Shown: positions 37,385 to 48,068, counted from the first letter of the stretch. The stretch is DNA of 64,000 nt from Clostridia bacterium (GCA_045545475.1 JAZQAZ010000034.1:33287-97286), one strand, 5' to 3'. Made by a program: numbers and translations. Notes: generated by a model not told the origin, from the letters alone.

Positions 37385-39727
37385 TTATATTTCTTCTACA
37401 GTTCCGCCAGATGGTACAGGAACTGGAACCTGAGGGGGTTCCGGGGAAGGGGTATCTTCAACTTCCGGAGCTGGGGTTATAGTTTCTGTGGTAGCAGTTT
37501 CGCTTGTGGAAGGAAGAGAGGGAGAGGAGGGTGAGGAGGGTGAGGAGGGAGTGATTGTCGATTCTCCTGTAGCCGTACCGTTTTCCGGTGAAGTTAAAGT
37601 TCCATCGGTACCCGGTAATGCTTCGAGTTCTTCTTCAGAAATGTGCTCTTCGGGAGTACATTTTTTTATACTGTAGGCCACATCCTCTTCCATATATACT
37701 CTGTATGTTGTTTCCAGTGCTGTGCATACGCTTGTAGCACGGAGTCCGCTCACGGTACACAAAGTACAACGCTGAAGATTATCAAAGCTTAAAACATCCT
37801 CAAATCTGTGTGGTTTATCCTCATAGTCGATCTGGGACATAACCTTTTTCCACAAATTAATCGCAGGGTTTCCGGAAACACTAATGTTTGTAGGAGTGTC
37901 ATAACCAACCCATGTGGCACCGATAAGTGAAGGTGTAAAGCCGACAAACCATTTGTCGTGGTTGTTTGTGGTGGTTCCTGTTTTACCTGCAAGGTCCACT
38001 CCGCTGAAGCGTGCGGAACTACCTGTACCTCCTGTTACAACCCCTGAAAGAAGCTCTGTCATTATGGTTGCTGTGGAGGACCTAATGGCTCTGTGTCTTA
38101 AGGGGTGCTTAGAATAGAGTAAGTTTCCGTTATAGTCATATATTTCGGTATAGGTGTGTGCTTCGGTATAATAACCCTTGCTTATGAAAGGTGTATATGC
38201 GGCGGCCATTTCTATGGGAGATATACCGTCGGTCAAACCTCCAAGAGACAAGGGGGCAAGGCTTTTGTCTGAAATGATTCCTTCATCGGTTTTGCGGCTT
38301 TCAACAAGAGTTGAAATTCCAAGGCCTTCTGTAAGAAATTCGTAGGATCGTTCGATTCCCATATCGTGAAGAACCTGAGCGGCAGGGACGTTGAGCGATC
38401 TTGAAATTGCAGTTTTGAGAGAGACGGGACCTGAATAGTAGCCGCCGGAGTTTCTTGGGGTCCAGGTCGTACCGTCATCCAGTGTGAAGGTGGTTTTAAC
38501 ATCGTTTAATACGCTTCCGCTGTGAATGATGCCAAAATCTAAGGCAGGAGCATATACTGATATAGGCTTTATTGAGGAGCCCGGCTGACGTGGTGCCGTT
38601 GCACGGTTGTATGTTCTTGAACCGCCTTTATCGCCTATGCCTCCGACAACGCCTTTTACCTCGCCTGTAACGGCTTCGATAACAACCATTGAGGATTGCA
38701 GAAGCTCGCCGTCTGCGTTTCTTATGAAATTAGCTTCGTCTTCGTATACACTTTCAAGAATTGCCTGTATTTCGGGATCTATCGTACATTTAATCTGCAG
38801 ACCGCCGGTGTACAGGAGATTTTGAGCCATTGCAGGGCTGTAATTATATCTTGTTTCAAGGTCTTCTAAAACTTCCTCGATAACCGTGTCAACAAAGTAG
38901 GAGTAATAAGATGTGTCAAACTCGGCCGCCCGCTCAAATATCAATTCGTAAGAAACGGCTTCGTCGTATTCCTCCTGAGTGATCATTTCAAGCTCAAGCA
39001 TTTTGGAAAGAACGGTAAGCTGTTTTTCCTTGTTTGCCTCCGGGTTAAGATAAGGGTCGTAAAGAGAGGGATACTGTGTTATTCCCGCTATGGAGGCACA
39101 TTCGGCCAGATTTAATTCACTGATATCTTTATCAAAGTAGATTTTGGAAGCAGAGCCGACACCGTTGCAGTTCTGACTGAGATAGATTGTGTTAAGGTAA
39201 AGTTCCAGTATATCGTTTTTGGATAAATCCTTTTCCAGTCTTATGGCACGATATATTTCCCTGAACTTACGGAGAATGGACCTGTCGTCTTCTTTTGTGA
39301 GGTTTTTTACAAGCTGCTGTGTGATAGTACTTCCGCCGTAAACGGAACGGTTTTTATCGAAAAGACGTAAAATGGTGTTTAGTCCTGCACCGGTAAGTCT
39401 TTTGATATCGAAGCCGGGGTGTGAATAAAAACGTTCATCCTCAATTGCAACGAAGGCGTTTTTCATATCAAGGGGAATCTCGTCAAAATTTACCCAGCTT
39501 CGGTTTTCTCCGCTGTATAGGTTCTGCATTATCACCTGTTCACCGTTATCATCCTCGTAGTACAGGACAGAAGTCATCTTCATGTTAAGCAATGAAGCGT
39601 CAATTGGTTCTGTCGTTATGCATATTGCAACGCCTGCAAGGATGGCGGTGAGCATGGCCAAAAGTACAAATGCCAGGGTAAAGCGAAGAAGCTTTTTGGC
39701 AATTTTCTTTTTACGTTTTTTAGCCAT
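37385..39727 (-). CDS. class A penicillin-binding protein (PBP1A; transglycosylase + transpeptidase) with Ser/Pro/Thr-rich C-terminal tail
   Basis: GT51 motifs (EDERFYSHPGFD, GGSTITQQL) and transpeptidase SxxK/SxN/KTG (GSSIKP..., KTGTT). Confidence 0.9.
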   Translation of the reverse strand: MAKKRKKKIAKKLLRFTLAFVLLAMLTAILAGVAICITTEPIDASLLNMKMTSVLYYEDDNGEQVIMQNLYSGENRSWVNFDEIPLDMKNAFVAIEDERFYSHPGFDIKRLTGAGLNTILRLFDKNRSVYGGSTITQQLVKNLTKEDDRSILRKFREIYRAIRLEKDLSKNDILELYLNTIYLSQNCNGVGSASKIYFDKDISELNLAECASIAGITQYPSLYDPYLNPEANKEKQLTVLSKMLELEMITQEEYDEAVSYELIFERAAEFDTSYYSYFVDTVIEEVLEDLETRYNYSPAMAQNLLYTGGLQIKCTIDPEIQAILESVYEDEANFIRNADGELLQSSMVVIEAVTGEVKGVVGGIGDKGGSRTYNRATAPRQPGSSIKPISVYAPALDFGIIHSGSVLNDVKTTFTLDDGTTWTPRNSGGYYSGPVSLKTAISRSLNVPAAQVLHDMGIERSYEFLTEGLGISTLVESRKTDEGIISDKSLAPLSLGGLTDGISPIEMAAAYTPFISKGYYTEAHTYTEIYDYNGNLLYSKHPLRHRAIRSSTATIMTELLSGVVTGGTGSSARFSGVDLAGKTGTTTNNHDKWFVGFTPSLIGATWVGYDTPTNISVSGNPAINLWKKVMSQIDYEDKPHRFEDVLSFDNLQRCTLCTVSGLRATSVCTALETTYRVYMEEDVAYSIKKCTPEEHISEEELEALPGTDGTLTSPENGTATGESTITPSSPSSPSSPSLPSTSETATTETITPAPEVEDTPSPEPPQVPVPVPSGGTVEEI

Positions 39728-39872
39728 CTGTTATCCTTCCTTTCCAAGAGAAAATAGCTAATAATATACAGCCTACATTATATCAGCTATTTTTTAAAAA
39801 AGTATTACAATCGCATATTTTTTTGATTACAGGTAAAAATGTTAAATGAATACTTGTGAAAGATGTGTTTTT

Positions 39873-40190
39873 ATGAAAAAAGTTTTATGTATGATTGCTG
39901 TGGCGGTAGCGGTATTTGCTTTTGCGTATTTTATTATCGGGAGCGAAAAGACAGTAAATGATGCATCAAGCGGGAAAATTGATTTGCCCGTGGCAAAAGA
40001 GAGTAGCTATATAATTTTAATTGAAGATGATGACGTGGTTTTATACAGGACAGAAAAAGGCGAAAAAATACTCATCAAACGGGAACGGCATATGCCGGCG
40101 AGAGAAGGTGACAGAGCATTGCTTCTTAAAGGGGTAAGGGTTGAAAGCTTAGAAGAGGCTCTTATGATTTTCGAGGATTTCATAAGCTAA
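39873..40190 (+). CDS. small membrane-anchored hypothetical protein
   Basis: Start trimmed to MKKVLCMIAVAVAVFA; ~105 aa. Confidence 0.4.
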   Translation: MKKVLCMIAVAVAVFAFAYFIIGSEKTVNDASSGKIDLPVAKESSYIILIEDDDVVLYRTEKGEKILIKRERHMPAREGDRALLLKGVRVESLEEALMIFEDFIS

Positions 40191-40192
40191 TA

Positions 40193-40224
40193 AAAAAACT
40201 CCGATGCATTTGCATCGGAGTTTT
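40193..40224. terminator. bidirectional terminator
   Basis: aaaaaactccgatgcatttgcatcggagtttt. Confidence 0.7.
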
Positions 40225-40231
40225 AAGTTTG

Positions 40232-41353
40232 TTAGTTAAGAATTGCAAGCTCTGTATCTTTGTCGAAGATGTGAAGTCTGTTTGTATCAAATACAACGTC
40301 AATCTTTTCGCCTGCTTTAGCCTTTGTTCTGGGGTTAACTCTTGCAACAGCGTGTGTGCCGTCGATATCAAGGTGAAGAAGAGTATCTGCACCAAGAGAT
40401 TCTGTTAAATCAACGTCAACAGTAATCATGCTGTCGGGCATTGTTGCGATGTAATTTTCTTCATCATGTACGTTTTCAGGACGGATACCGATGATAACTT
40501 CTTTTCCGATATACTCGGGATGTGTTTCCATTAGCTGCTTAGCCTTTCCTTCAACAAGGAAAATCTTGTGGCTTTCGCCGAAGGAAATAGCAACTCTTTC
40601 GCCTTCCTTATCAAGCTTTGCATTGATGAAGTTCATTTCGGGGCTTCCGATGAAGCCTGCAACGAAAAGGTTAACGGGATGATCGTAAAGTTCCTGAGGA
40701 GAGTCAACCTGCTGAATGTAACCGTCCTTCATAACAACGATCCTTGTACCCATTGTAAGAGCTTCTGTCTGGTCGTGTGTAACGTAGATGAATGTTGTCT
40801 GAAGTCTCTGATGAAGCTTGGAAATCTCAGCTCTCATCTGTACACGAAGCTTAGCGTCAAGGTTTGATAAAGGTTCGTCCATCAAGAATACCTTGGGCTC
40901 ACGAACGATAGCACGGCCGAGAGCAACACGCTGTCTCTGACCACCGGATAAAGCCTTGGGCTTTCTGTCAAGAAGGTGCTCGATGCCAAGAATCTTAGCT
41001 GCGTCAGAAACACGTCTCTTGATTTCATCCTTGGGAGTCTTTCTGAGCTTAAGACCGAATGCCATGTTATCAAATACTGTCATGTGGGGATAAAGAGCAT
41101 AGTTCTGGAAAACCATTGCGATGTCTCTGTCCTTGGGAGCAACGTCGTTCATAAGCTTGCCGTCGATATAAAGCTGGCCGGAAGAAATGTCTTCAAGACC
41201 TGCGATCATACGGAGAGTTGTGGACTTACCGCATCCGGAAGGACCAACGAGGATGATGAACTCCTTATCTTCGATTTCAAGACAAATGTCGTTTGCAGCG
41301 ATAACGCCGCCGGAATATTTCTTATAGATGTTTTTTAAACTTAAACCTGCCAT
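40232..41353 (-). CDS. sugar ABC transporter ATP-binding protein (MalK/MsmK/UgpC family)
   Basis: Walker [10 protein letters not shown], signature [14 protein letters not shown], Walker [13 protein letters not shown]-terminal TOBE/MalK regulatory domain. Confidence 0.9.
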   Translation of the reverse strand: MAGLSLKNIYKKYSGGVIAANDICLEIEDKEFIILVGPSGCGKSTTLRMIAGLEDISSGQLYIDGKLMNDVAPKDRDIAMVFQNYALYPHMTVFDNMAFGLKLRKTPKDEIKRRVSDAAKILGIEHLLDRKPKALSGGQRQRVALGRAIVREPKVFLMDEPLSNLDAKLRVQMRAEISKLHQRLQTTFIYVTHDQTEALTMGTRIVVMKDGYIQQVDSPQELYDHPVNLFVAGFIGSPEMNFINAKLDKEGERVAISFGESHKIFLVEGKAKQLMETHPEYIGKEVIIGIRPENVHDEENYIATMPDSMITVDVDLTESLGADTLLHLDIDGTHAVARVNPRTKAKAGEKIDVVFDTNRLHIFDKDTELAILN

Positions 41354-41496
41354 ATCTGATTATTTCCTCCTAAATATTGTTAAAATGATAGATTTATTAA
41401 CGATACATAAATAGGATACCACAATTTTGTAAAAAAAGAAAGTGTGTTTATTAACAAAAAAAGAAAAGTATCTTTGGCACAATTGCATAAATATAT

Positions 41497-42183
41497 CTAA
41501 AAAATACTTTCGTCCGGCTTTAAGGGGCGATATTCACCTTCTTTGAGGCTTTTGTCCAGCATAAGCTTGCCGAATTTTATCCTTTTTAAATATACAACTT
41601 TATTGCCTCTTGCCTCAAACATAAGCTTGACCTGATGGAACTTTCCTTCGGTTATTGTAAGATGAGCACTTTTTTCGGAAAGGATTGAAAGTTTTGCGGG
41701 AAGAGTCTTTGTGCCGCCCGCTATAAAAACGCCTTCTTCGAAAGCAAGCTTGTCATCTTCGGTTATTAAAGTTTCTGTTTCCACATAGTAAGTTTTTTCC
41801 ACATGTGATTTCGGGGAGAGTGCTTTATGTGCCATTTCTCCGTCATTGGAAATGATTAAAAGACCTACGGTGTCTATATCAAGTCTTCCTACGGGGAATA
41901 AATCATAGTGGTCATATTTTTTGTCGATAAGCGACAATACGGTTTTCTTGCTTTTGTCTTCTGTGGCGGATATTACGCCTGCGGGTTTATTCATCATAAG
42001 ATAAATGAAGGGGGAATAGGTAACGGCCTGTCCCGAAAAAGTGACGGAATCTTTTTCGTCAACGTGAAATCCGGGATCTTTTATTATAACAGAATTTACT
42101 GTGACATTGCCTTTCTTTATGGCGTTTTTTATTTCGCTTCGACTGCCTAAGGCACAGTCGGCAAGGAATTTATCAAGTCGCAT
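41497..42183 (-). CDS. rsuA: 16S rRNA pseudouridine synthase (RsuA/RluB family)
   Basis: S4 domain MRLDKFLADCALGSRSEIK + catalytic GRLDIDTVGLLIISNDGE. Confidence 0.85.
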   Translation of the reverse strand: MRLDKFLADCALGSRSEIKNAIKKGNVTVNSVIIKDPGFHVDEKDSVTFSGQAVTYSPFIYLMMNKPAGVISATEDKSKKTVLSLIDKKYDHYDLFPVGRLDIDTVGLLIISNDGEMAHKALSPKSHVEKTYYVETETLITEDDKLAFEEGVFIAGGTKTLPAKLSILSEKSAHLTITEGKFHQVKLMFEARGNKVVYLKRIKFGKLMLDKSLKEGEYRPLKPDESIF

Positions 42184-42186
42184 AAT

Positions 42187-42597
42187 TTACTCCTTTTTGC
42201 TAAGAGGAATCATATCTCCCGACAGGGAAGGATTGAGTATATCTCCGCCGCAGATTTCACCTTCTGAAATTAGAATATTTGCCAGAGTATATTCACTGTT
42301 TGTCAGCCTGAAGGAATAACGCATAATTGTTTTTCCTCTGAAAGGCGTAAGGTCAAATCCTGCTTCTTTTTGGAGATTGTTGTAGGATTCGTACACTTTT
42401 CCAAATCCCTCCGGAATGCTTATTTCTGAAATTTCATAAGGCTTTTTTTCAAATGAATACCCTTGCTCTTTCAGAAATTTTCTACAAAGAGATACGTTTT
42501 TATCGCAGGGCAAGACGGACAGAAAAAGGGCTGTAATAATTATGGCAATCAAAAGAACGGAGAGTATAATCTGACTTTTCTTAACAACAAAAAACAT
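42187..42597 (-). CDS. hypothetical membrane-anchored protein
   Basis: 136 aa, N-terminal TM, no family recognised. Confidence 0.4.
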   Translation of the reverse strand: MFFVVKKSQIILSVLLIAIIITALFLSVLPCDKNVSLCRKFLKEQGYSFEKKPYEISEISIPEGFGKVYESYNNLQKEAGFDLTPFRGKTIMRYSFRLTNSEYTLANILISEGEICGGDILNPSLSGDMIPLSKKE

Positions 42598-42648
42598 ATA
42601 AGCACCCCTTATTATGAGTTATTATATGTTTATGTAAAAAATAAGCTT

Positions 42649-42906
42649 TTATTCTAAATTGTTTTTTGCATCAAGCAATGCTTTTGCCAACTGGTCAGGG
42701 CAGCTTGTCTGTTTAAAACCGCATTTTATGCCTGCTAAGGATGCGATAATCTCATCTGCGGATTTGCCTTCGCAAAGAGCGGCTATACCCTGAAGGTTTC
42801 CGTGGCATCCGCCTTCAAAGGAAACGGCTGAAACAGTTCCGTTTTCTGATATGTCAAAGCTTACGCTTCTTGAGCAGGTCCCCTGGTTTTTTCTTGTGTA
42901 TTTCAT
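42649..42906 (-). CDS. TSCPD domain protein (4-Cys small protein)
   Basis: GGCHGN...KQTSCPDQLAKAL motif. Confidence 0.55.
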   Translation of the reverse strand: MKYTRKNQGTCSRSVSFDISENGTVSAVSFEGGCHGNLQGIAALCEGKSADEIIASLAGIKCGFKQTSCPDQLAKALLDAKNNLE

Positions 42907-42919
42907 AAAATCTTCCTTT

Positions 42920-43432
42920 CTATAATAGCTCTCTTGGTATGTGATCGGGGTCTTCTTTAAGCATTCCTGCTTCTTTTAAATCCGAAAACCCGGTCTGACG
43001 AAGCGCCTCGTATATCATTATAGCAACGGAATTTGAGAGATTTAAGCTTCTTGCCTCATCAATCATGGGAATACGGACCGAGGAGTCGGGGTTGTCCCAT
43101 ATAAGAGTTTCCGGAAGCCCCCGTGTTTCCTTTCCGAAAACAAGAAAATCTCCATCCTCATAGGATATATCGGAATAAACCTTTTTTGCCTTTGTTGTGG
43201 CGAAAAACAATCTTTTCCCTTTGGCATATTCCAAAAATGCTTCAAGATTGTCATGATATGTAATATTTAAAAGATGCCAGTAGTCAAGACCTGCACGCTT
43301 TAACTTTTTGTCGTCGATTTCAAAGCCAAGGGGACGAACCAGATGAAGTGCGGCACCGGTTGCCGCACAGGTTCTTGCAATGTTTCCTGTGTTCTGGGGG
43401 ATTTCAGGCTCGATTAAAACTATGTTGAACAT
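42920..43432 (-). CDS. trmL: tRNA (cytidine/uridine-2'-O-)-methyltransferase TrmL (SpoU family)
   Basis: Start trimmed to MFNIVLIEPEIPQNTGNIARTCAATGAALHLV. Confidence 0.82.
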   Translation of the reverse strand: MFNIVLIEPEIPQNTGNIARTCAATGAALHLVRPLGFEIDDKKLKRAGLDYWHLLNITYHDNLEAFLEYAKGKRLFFATTKAKKVYSDISYEDGDFLVFGKETRGLPETLIWDNPDSSVRIPMIDEARSLNLSNSVAIMIYEALRQTGFSDLKEAGMLKEDPDHIPRELL

Positions 43433-43448
43433 ATAAAAATCCTTTCTT

Positions 43449-44072
43449 TTATGTTGTTCCCGATGCATAGAGGGAAGGTATTTCTCCTGCTATTACTGTT
43501 TCGGAAAGCGGAAGAAGCATTTCTGCCTCCGTAACCTTATTTGAAAATGGTGCCATAAGCCGAAGAGATACTTTTGCATTTATGTATACGGAATGCTTTG
43601 TCTGATTAATGCCTGCCGATGAAAATTCCGAACTGACGGTTGCGTCTATGCTTCCCAATTGGACAATCCTCAGCGGAATCTTCATCCCTCTGCCTGAAAG
43701 GAGAGGGATTCCGGTCAGGTTACCCAAAGGGATGTTAAAAACCGAATAATCATCCTTTGCCAGCGTGCTGTTGGCTTTACTTGCAAAGGATGATGTTATT
43801 TTGTTAACCTTGGCAGAATTTAAAGAGATGCCGCATATTTTGCCGTTTTCTCTCAAAATTACCGAAAGGTCAGAAAAGTCTTCGCTTTCAGAAACAGAGT
43901 TTAAAGCTTCGTACAGTGCCGCACGGGCAATGTTGGAAGCACCGGATTCTGCAAGAACGCTGAAAGCTGAGGACATAAAAACCGCAGAAAGTGTAATAAA
44001 AATAAAAACGGTAATAAGAGAAAGCGTTATAAAAGGAAGAAACCGTCTTTTCTTTAAATTAAGCCTTTTCAT
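43449..44072 (-). CDS. sporulation protein YunB-like
   Basis: N-terminal TM then secreted domain of size/composition typical of YunB; weak by-eye call. Confidence 0.4.
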   Translation of the reverse strand: MKRLNLKKRRFLPFITLSLITVFIFITLSAVFMSSAFSVLAESGASNIARAALYEALNSVSESEDFSDLSVILRENGKICGISLNSAKVNKITSSFASKANSTLAKDDYSVFNIPLGNLTGIPLLSGRGMKIPLRIVQLGSIDATVSSEFSSAGINQTKHSVYINAKVSLRLMAPFSNKVTEAEMLLPLSETVIAGEIPSLYASGTT

Positions 44073-44223
44073 TATATCACCCCTGAAACAGTTTATGCAG
44101 TTTCATAAAAGGGGTTACTGAGTATTATACACTATTTTGGCAGATTATGCAAGAGAAGAAATCTTGACTATTTTTGATAACTGGTATATAATAACAGAGA
44201 ATGAACTTATAAAGGAAGATTTT

Positions 44224-44976
44224 ATGAAGGAAGTAACCGTAAAGAACATTAAAATATGTTATAATGATGAAGGCGAGGGAAAATGCATTCTTTTGCTTCA
44301 CGGCTGGGGAGCAAACAAGGAAAGTCTTTCGCCGATATTCAATTCGCTTAAAAATTCCTTCAGGGTAATCGCTCCTGATCTTCCCGGTTTTGGTGCATCG
44401 GGAGAACCTTCTGATGCATGGAATGCGAAAGATTATGCCGATTTTCTTTTGGAATTCATAAAGGTTCTTGATATTAAACCCTTTGCTGCACTGGGGCATT
44501 CCAACGGCGGAAGAATACTTATTAAAGTATCGGAAACTTTTTCTCCTGAAAAGCTTATTCTTATGGACAGTGCAGGGATAAAGAAAAAGCATGGCCCCAT
44601 ATATTATGCTAAAGTATATTCGTATAAGCTTGGCAAAAAGATATTAAAACTTCCTTTATTAAATAAAACGGGACTTTACGAAAAATTAATTAAAAATGCA
44701 GGAAGCGACGATTATAAAAATTCTTCGCCTGTAATGCGGGCAACTATGAGTAATTTGCTTTCAGAAGATCTTACGGGAATGCTTCCGGGAATAAAATCGG
44801 AAACGCTTCTTATCTGGGGTACGCTTGATACGGCAACGCCAATAGCGGACGGTCGCAAAATGGAAAAGCTCATAAAAGGGTCGGGGCTCGTTGAGGTTGC
44901 CGGCGGAGGACATTTTTCCTATCTTGACAATCCCGGAAAGGTTATGGGAGCTATAAACTATTTTCTCACACATTAA
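44224..44976 (+). CDS. alpha/beta hydrolase
   Basis: Start trimmed to MKEVTV (RBS AAGGAAG); LLHGWG oxyanion region and nucleophile elbow GHSNGG. Confidence 0.75.
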   Translation: MKEVTVKNIKICYNDEGEGKCILLLHGWGANKESLSPIFNSLKNSFRVIAPDLPGFGASGEPSDAWNAKDYADFLLEFIKVLDIKPFAALGHSNGGRILIKVSETFSPEKLILMDSAGIKKKHGPIYYAKVYSYKLGKKILKLPLLNKTGLYEKLIKNAGSDDYKNSSPVMRATMSNLLSEDLTGMLPGIKSETLLIWGTLDTATPIADGRKMEKLIKGSGLVEVAGGGHFSYLDNPGKVMGAINYFLTH

Positions 44977-44989
44977 TATATAGGAAGGA

Positions 44990-46534
44990 ATGAACCTTTT
45001 GAACTATTTGTTTTTGGTGGCAGCCTTTGCGTTTTTGCTGTTTTTTGCATTCAGCGGAACGTATTACATACATATGCTTCAGTTAAACTCATATAAAATA
45101 GAAAGATACGGTAAGTGGCTTTGCGAAAACAAGGGAAAGATTTTTGCTTTAAGGGCAATCTGGCCTGCTTTATCACTTGCACTTTTCGCTTTAGGAGATA
45201 CGGCGGTATACGTGGCGTTTTCCGTGCTTATGATTCTGGCTGTTCCGTTTAAGAAAAAGAAGGCTAAAAAGCCTCTTGTTTATACGGCCAGAGTTAAAAG
45301 ACTTATTATTGTATATATGATTCTTGGAACAGCAATTGCTGCGGGGGCTTTTTTTGTAAAAGATGGCATATGGAAAGCGGCAGTACTTGTTGTGGGGGCA
45401 TTTTTAATTCCGCATATAATTTCTCTTGCTCTTATCGTTGCGGAGCCCATGGAAAAGGGAATTTCTCAATATTATTATAACGATGCAAAGAAGATCCTTG
45501 CTTCGGCAAAGGATCTTATCGTAATAGGCGTAACAGGCTCTTACGGTAAGACAAGTATGAAGTACATAATAACAAGCCTGCTTTCCGAGAAATATAATGT
45601 GCTTATGACTCCCGGAAGCTTTAACACCACCATGGGAGTGGTGAGAACCGTAAGAGAGCAGCTTAAGCCTACCCATCAGGTATTTGTGGTTGAGATGGGA
45701 GCGAAAAACAAAGGGGATATCAAGGAGATTTGCGATCTTGTAAAGCCGGGATACGGAGTTATTTCGTCAATAGGCCCTCAGCACCTTGAAACCTTTAAGT
45801 CAATTGAAAATATAATTTCAACGAAGTTTGAACTTGCAGAGGCGGTACGCGAAAACGGAGGAACGGTATTCCTTAATTACAGCAACGACTATATAAAAAA
45901 TTACGGATTTTCCGGAAAGTTTGTTTCTTTTGGTAACAGTGAAGAGTGTACTTACAGAGCTATGGATATGAAGTGTTCATCTTCAGGTGCAAGCTTTACG
46001 ATAAAGGGCGAAGAACTTAAGACTACACTTCTCGGAGACTTCAGTGCGGTTAATATTGCCGGAGGTATGGCTGTGGCAGAGCATCTTGGCGTTAAGCTTG
46101 ATGATATAAAGGTGGCGGTTCGACGTTTGAAAGCCCCGGAACACAGACTTGAACTTAAGAAAAATCCGAGATATACGATAATTGATGATGCGTATAATTC
46201 AAATCCGGGAGGAAGCACGGCTGCACTTAAAACGCTGGCGTTGTTTGAAGAACGCAAGATTCTTGTCACCCCCGGAATGGTGGAGCTTGGAGAAGCTGAA
46301 TATGAGCTTAATAAGGAAATGGGCCGAAAGGCGGCTCATTCGGCGGATTACATAGTGCTTGTGGGTGAAAAACAGGCAAAGCCTCTGGCAGAAGGAATAA
46401 GGGAAGAGGGATTTTCTGAGGATAGGCTTTACATTGCGAAGGATATAAATGATGCTCTTTCGTATGTGTATGGGATTACGGATGTGCCTTCGGTGGTTCT
46501 TCTTGAAAACGACCTGCCGGACAATTTCCTTTGA
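44990..46534 (+). CDS. murF: UDP-MurNAc-tripeptide:D-Ala-D-Ala ligase (MurF)-like Mur ligase with N-terminal ~150-aa polytopic membrane domain
   Basis: Mur ligase P-loop VTGSYGKTS, MurF-like TPGSFNTTMGV and DDAYNSNP; N-terminal UDP-binding domain replaced by 4-5 TM helices; ddl immediately downstream. Confidence 0.7.
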   Translation: MNLLNYLFLVAAFAFLLFFAFSGTYYIHMLQLNSYKIERYGKWLCENKGKIFALRAIWPALSLALFALGDTAVYVAFSVLMILAVPFKKKKAKKPLVYTARVKRLIIVYMILGTAIAAGAFFVKDGIWKAAVLVVGAFLIPHIISLALIVAEPMEKGISQYYYNDAKKILASAKDLIVIGVTGSYGKTSMKYIITSLLSEKYNVLMTPGSFNTTMGVVRTVREQLKPTHQVFVVEMGAKNKGDIKEICDLVKPGYGVISSIGPQHLETFKSIENIISTKFELAEAVRENGGTVFLNYSNDYIKNYGFSGKFVSFGNSEECTYRAMDMKCSSSGASFTIKGEELKTTLLGDFSAVNIAGGMAVAEHLGVKLDDIKVAVRRLKAPEHRLELKKNPRYTIIDDAYNSNPGGSTAALKTLALFEERKILVTPGMVELGEAEYELNKEMGRKAAHSADYIVLVGEKQAKPLAEGIREEGFSEDRLYIAKDINDALSYVYGITDVPSVVLLENDLPDNFL

Positions 46535-46578
46535 TTAATATATTCCTTATTATATAGGAAAGAAAGGTATTGATATAA

Positions 46579-47766
46579 ATGAAAATAAATCTTGCGGTGA
46601 TATTCGGAGGAAAAAGCGTTGAACATGAAGTGTCTGTAATATCTGCTGTTCAGGCGATGTACTCTCTGAATAAAGAAAAGTATGAAATCTTTCCTTTGTA
46701 TATGACAAAGAAAAATGAATTTTACACGGGAAAAAGACTCTTTGATATAGAAAATTATAAGGATATCCCGTCTCTTTTGAAAGGTTGCGAAAGAGTGATA
46801 TTTACTTCAGACGGTGATGAGGCTTATATTGAACATTATCCGGCAAAGAAATTCGGAAATAACCGCTTGGCCAGAATTGACGCAGCGTTGCCCATTGTCC
46901 ACGGCACCAATGTGGAGGACGGAATTCTTCAAGGTTATCTTGAAACTTTGGGTATTCCCTATGCGGGATGCGATGTTATATCAAGTGCAGTGGGAATGGA
47001 TAAATATGTAATGAAGGTTATGCTTAAAGAAGCCGGAGTAAATGTACTTCCCGGTTTTTGCTTTAGCTCAAAGGATTTTTACAGGGATCCTTCTGACATA
47101 CTTGATAAAATAGAACTTGAAATAGGTTATCCCGTAATCGTAAAACCCGTAAACTTGGGTTCCAGTGTGGGAATTAAAGTGGCATCCGACAGACAGAGCT
47201 TAGAAGCGGCACTTGAAAATGCGGCACTTTTCGCAGGAAGGATACTTACGGAAAGAGCGATAACAAATCTCAGGGAGATAAATTGCTCTGTACTTGGCGA
47301 TTATATGACGGCAAGAGCTTCGGTTTGCGAGGAGCCGCTGACGGCCGGAGAAATCCTGAGCTATGATGATAAGTATAAAGGCGGGACAAAGGGTTCAAAG
47401 GGCATGAGTTCGGCCATGAGAAAAATTCCGGCAGACCTTACGGAAGAAGAAAGAAATACAATTGAAGCCATGGCAGTTAAAACTTTCAGGGTTTTGGGAT
47501 GTGCAGGGGTCGCGAGAATAGACTGCATGATTGATAAGGACAGCGGAGAAATTTTTGTAAACGAGATAAATACGATTCCCGGTTCTCTTTCGTTTTATCT
47601 CTGGGAGCCTTCGGGAGTTACATATACGGAGCTGTTGGATGAGCTTATAGATATAGCATTGAAAAGAAATCGTGAAAAGCAGAAGCTGAGCTTCTCTTAT
47701 GATACAAATTTACTGTCTTTTAACTCACTTTCGGGTTTAAAAGGGGCAAAAGGTACAAAAAAATAA
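46579..47766 (+). CDS. ddl: D-alanine--D-alanine ligase
   Basis: MKINLAVIFGGKSVEHEVSVISA N-terminus and ATP-grasp body. Confidence 0.88.
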   Translation: MKINLAVIFGGKSVEHEVSVISAVQAMYSLNKEKYEIFPLYMTKKNEFYTGKRLFDIENYKDIPSLLKGCERVIFTSDGDEAYIEHYPAKKFGNNRLARIDAALPIVHGTNVEDGILQGYLETLGIPYAGCDVISSAVGMDKYVMKVMLKEAGVNVLPGFCFSSKDFYRDPSDILDKIELEIGYPVIVKPVNLGSSVGIKVASDRQSLEAALENAALFAGRILTERAITNLREINCSVLGDYMTARASVCEEPLTAGEILSYDDKYKGGTKGSKGMSSAMRKIPADLTEEERNTIEAMAVKTFRVLGCAGVARIDCMIDKDSGEIFVNEINTIPGSLSFYLWEPSGVTYTELLDELIDIALKRNREKQKLSFSYDTNLLSFNSLSGLKGAKGTKK

Positions 47767-47774
47767 AAAAAGCT

Positions 47775-47803
47775 TGACAAGAAGATGAGGTTATGCTATA
47801 GTA
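47775..47803 (+). promoter_or_regulatory. sigma-A promoter TTGACA-N17-TATAGT for rpmG-secE-nusG
   Basis: ttgacaagaagatgaggttatgctatagt. Confidence 0.5.
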
Positions 47804-47884
47804 GTATTGCTTCATCTTCGGACGGAGCTTTTTTAGAGTGCAAAAAACGGGCCGGAAAGGCCGTTATTACAGGAGGTTTTAACA

Positions 47885-48034
47885 ATGAGAGTAAAGATTA
47901 CATTGGCATGCAGCGAATGCAAGCAGAGAAATTACGACACAGTAAAGAACAAGAAGAATACTCCCGACAGACTTGAACTTAGCAAATACTGTCCTTTCTG
48001 CCGTAAGCATACTATGCATAAAGAGGCTAAATAA
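47885..48034 (+). CDS. rpmG: 50S ribosomal protein L33 (not in ORF track, 49 aa)
   Basis: [49 protein letters not shown]. Confidence 0.88.
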   Translation: MRVKITLACSECKQRNYDTVKNKKNTPDRLELSKYCPFCRKHTMHKEAK

Positions 48035-48068
48035 TTTTGTTTAACTGAAGGAAGGAAGTGTACCTAAA

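Noticed and set aside
37490-37560. Nucleotide tandem repeat gagggtgaggagggtgaggaggga
   Set aside because: This is simply the coding sequence (minus strand) of the PSSPSSPSSP low-complexity tail of PBP1A, not a CRISPR or other repeat element.
47785-47976. 63-aa ORF MRLCYSSIASSSDG...
   Set aside because: It overlaps the rpmG promoter and the first part of rpmG in another frame. The real gene here is the 49-aa L33 (47885-48034), which the ORF track missed because of its size.
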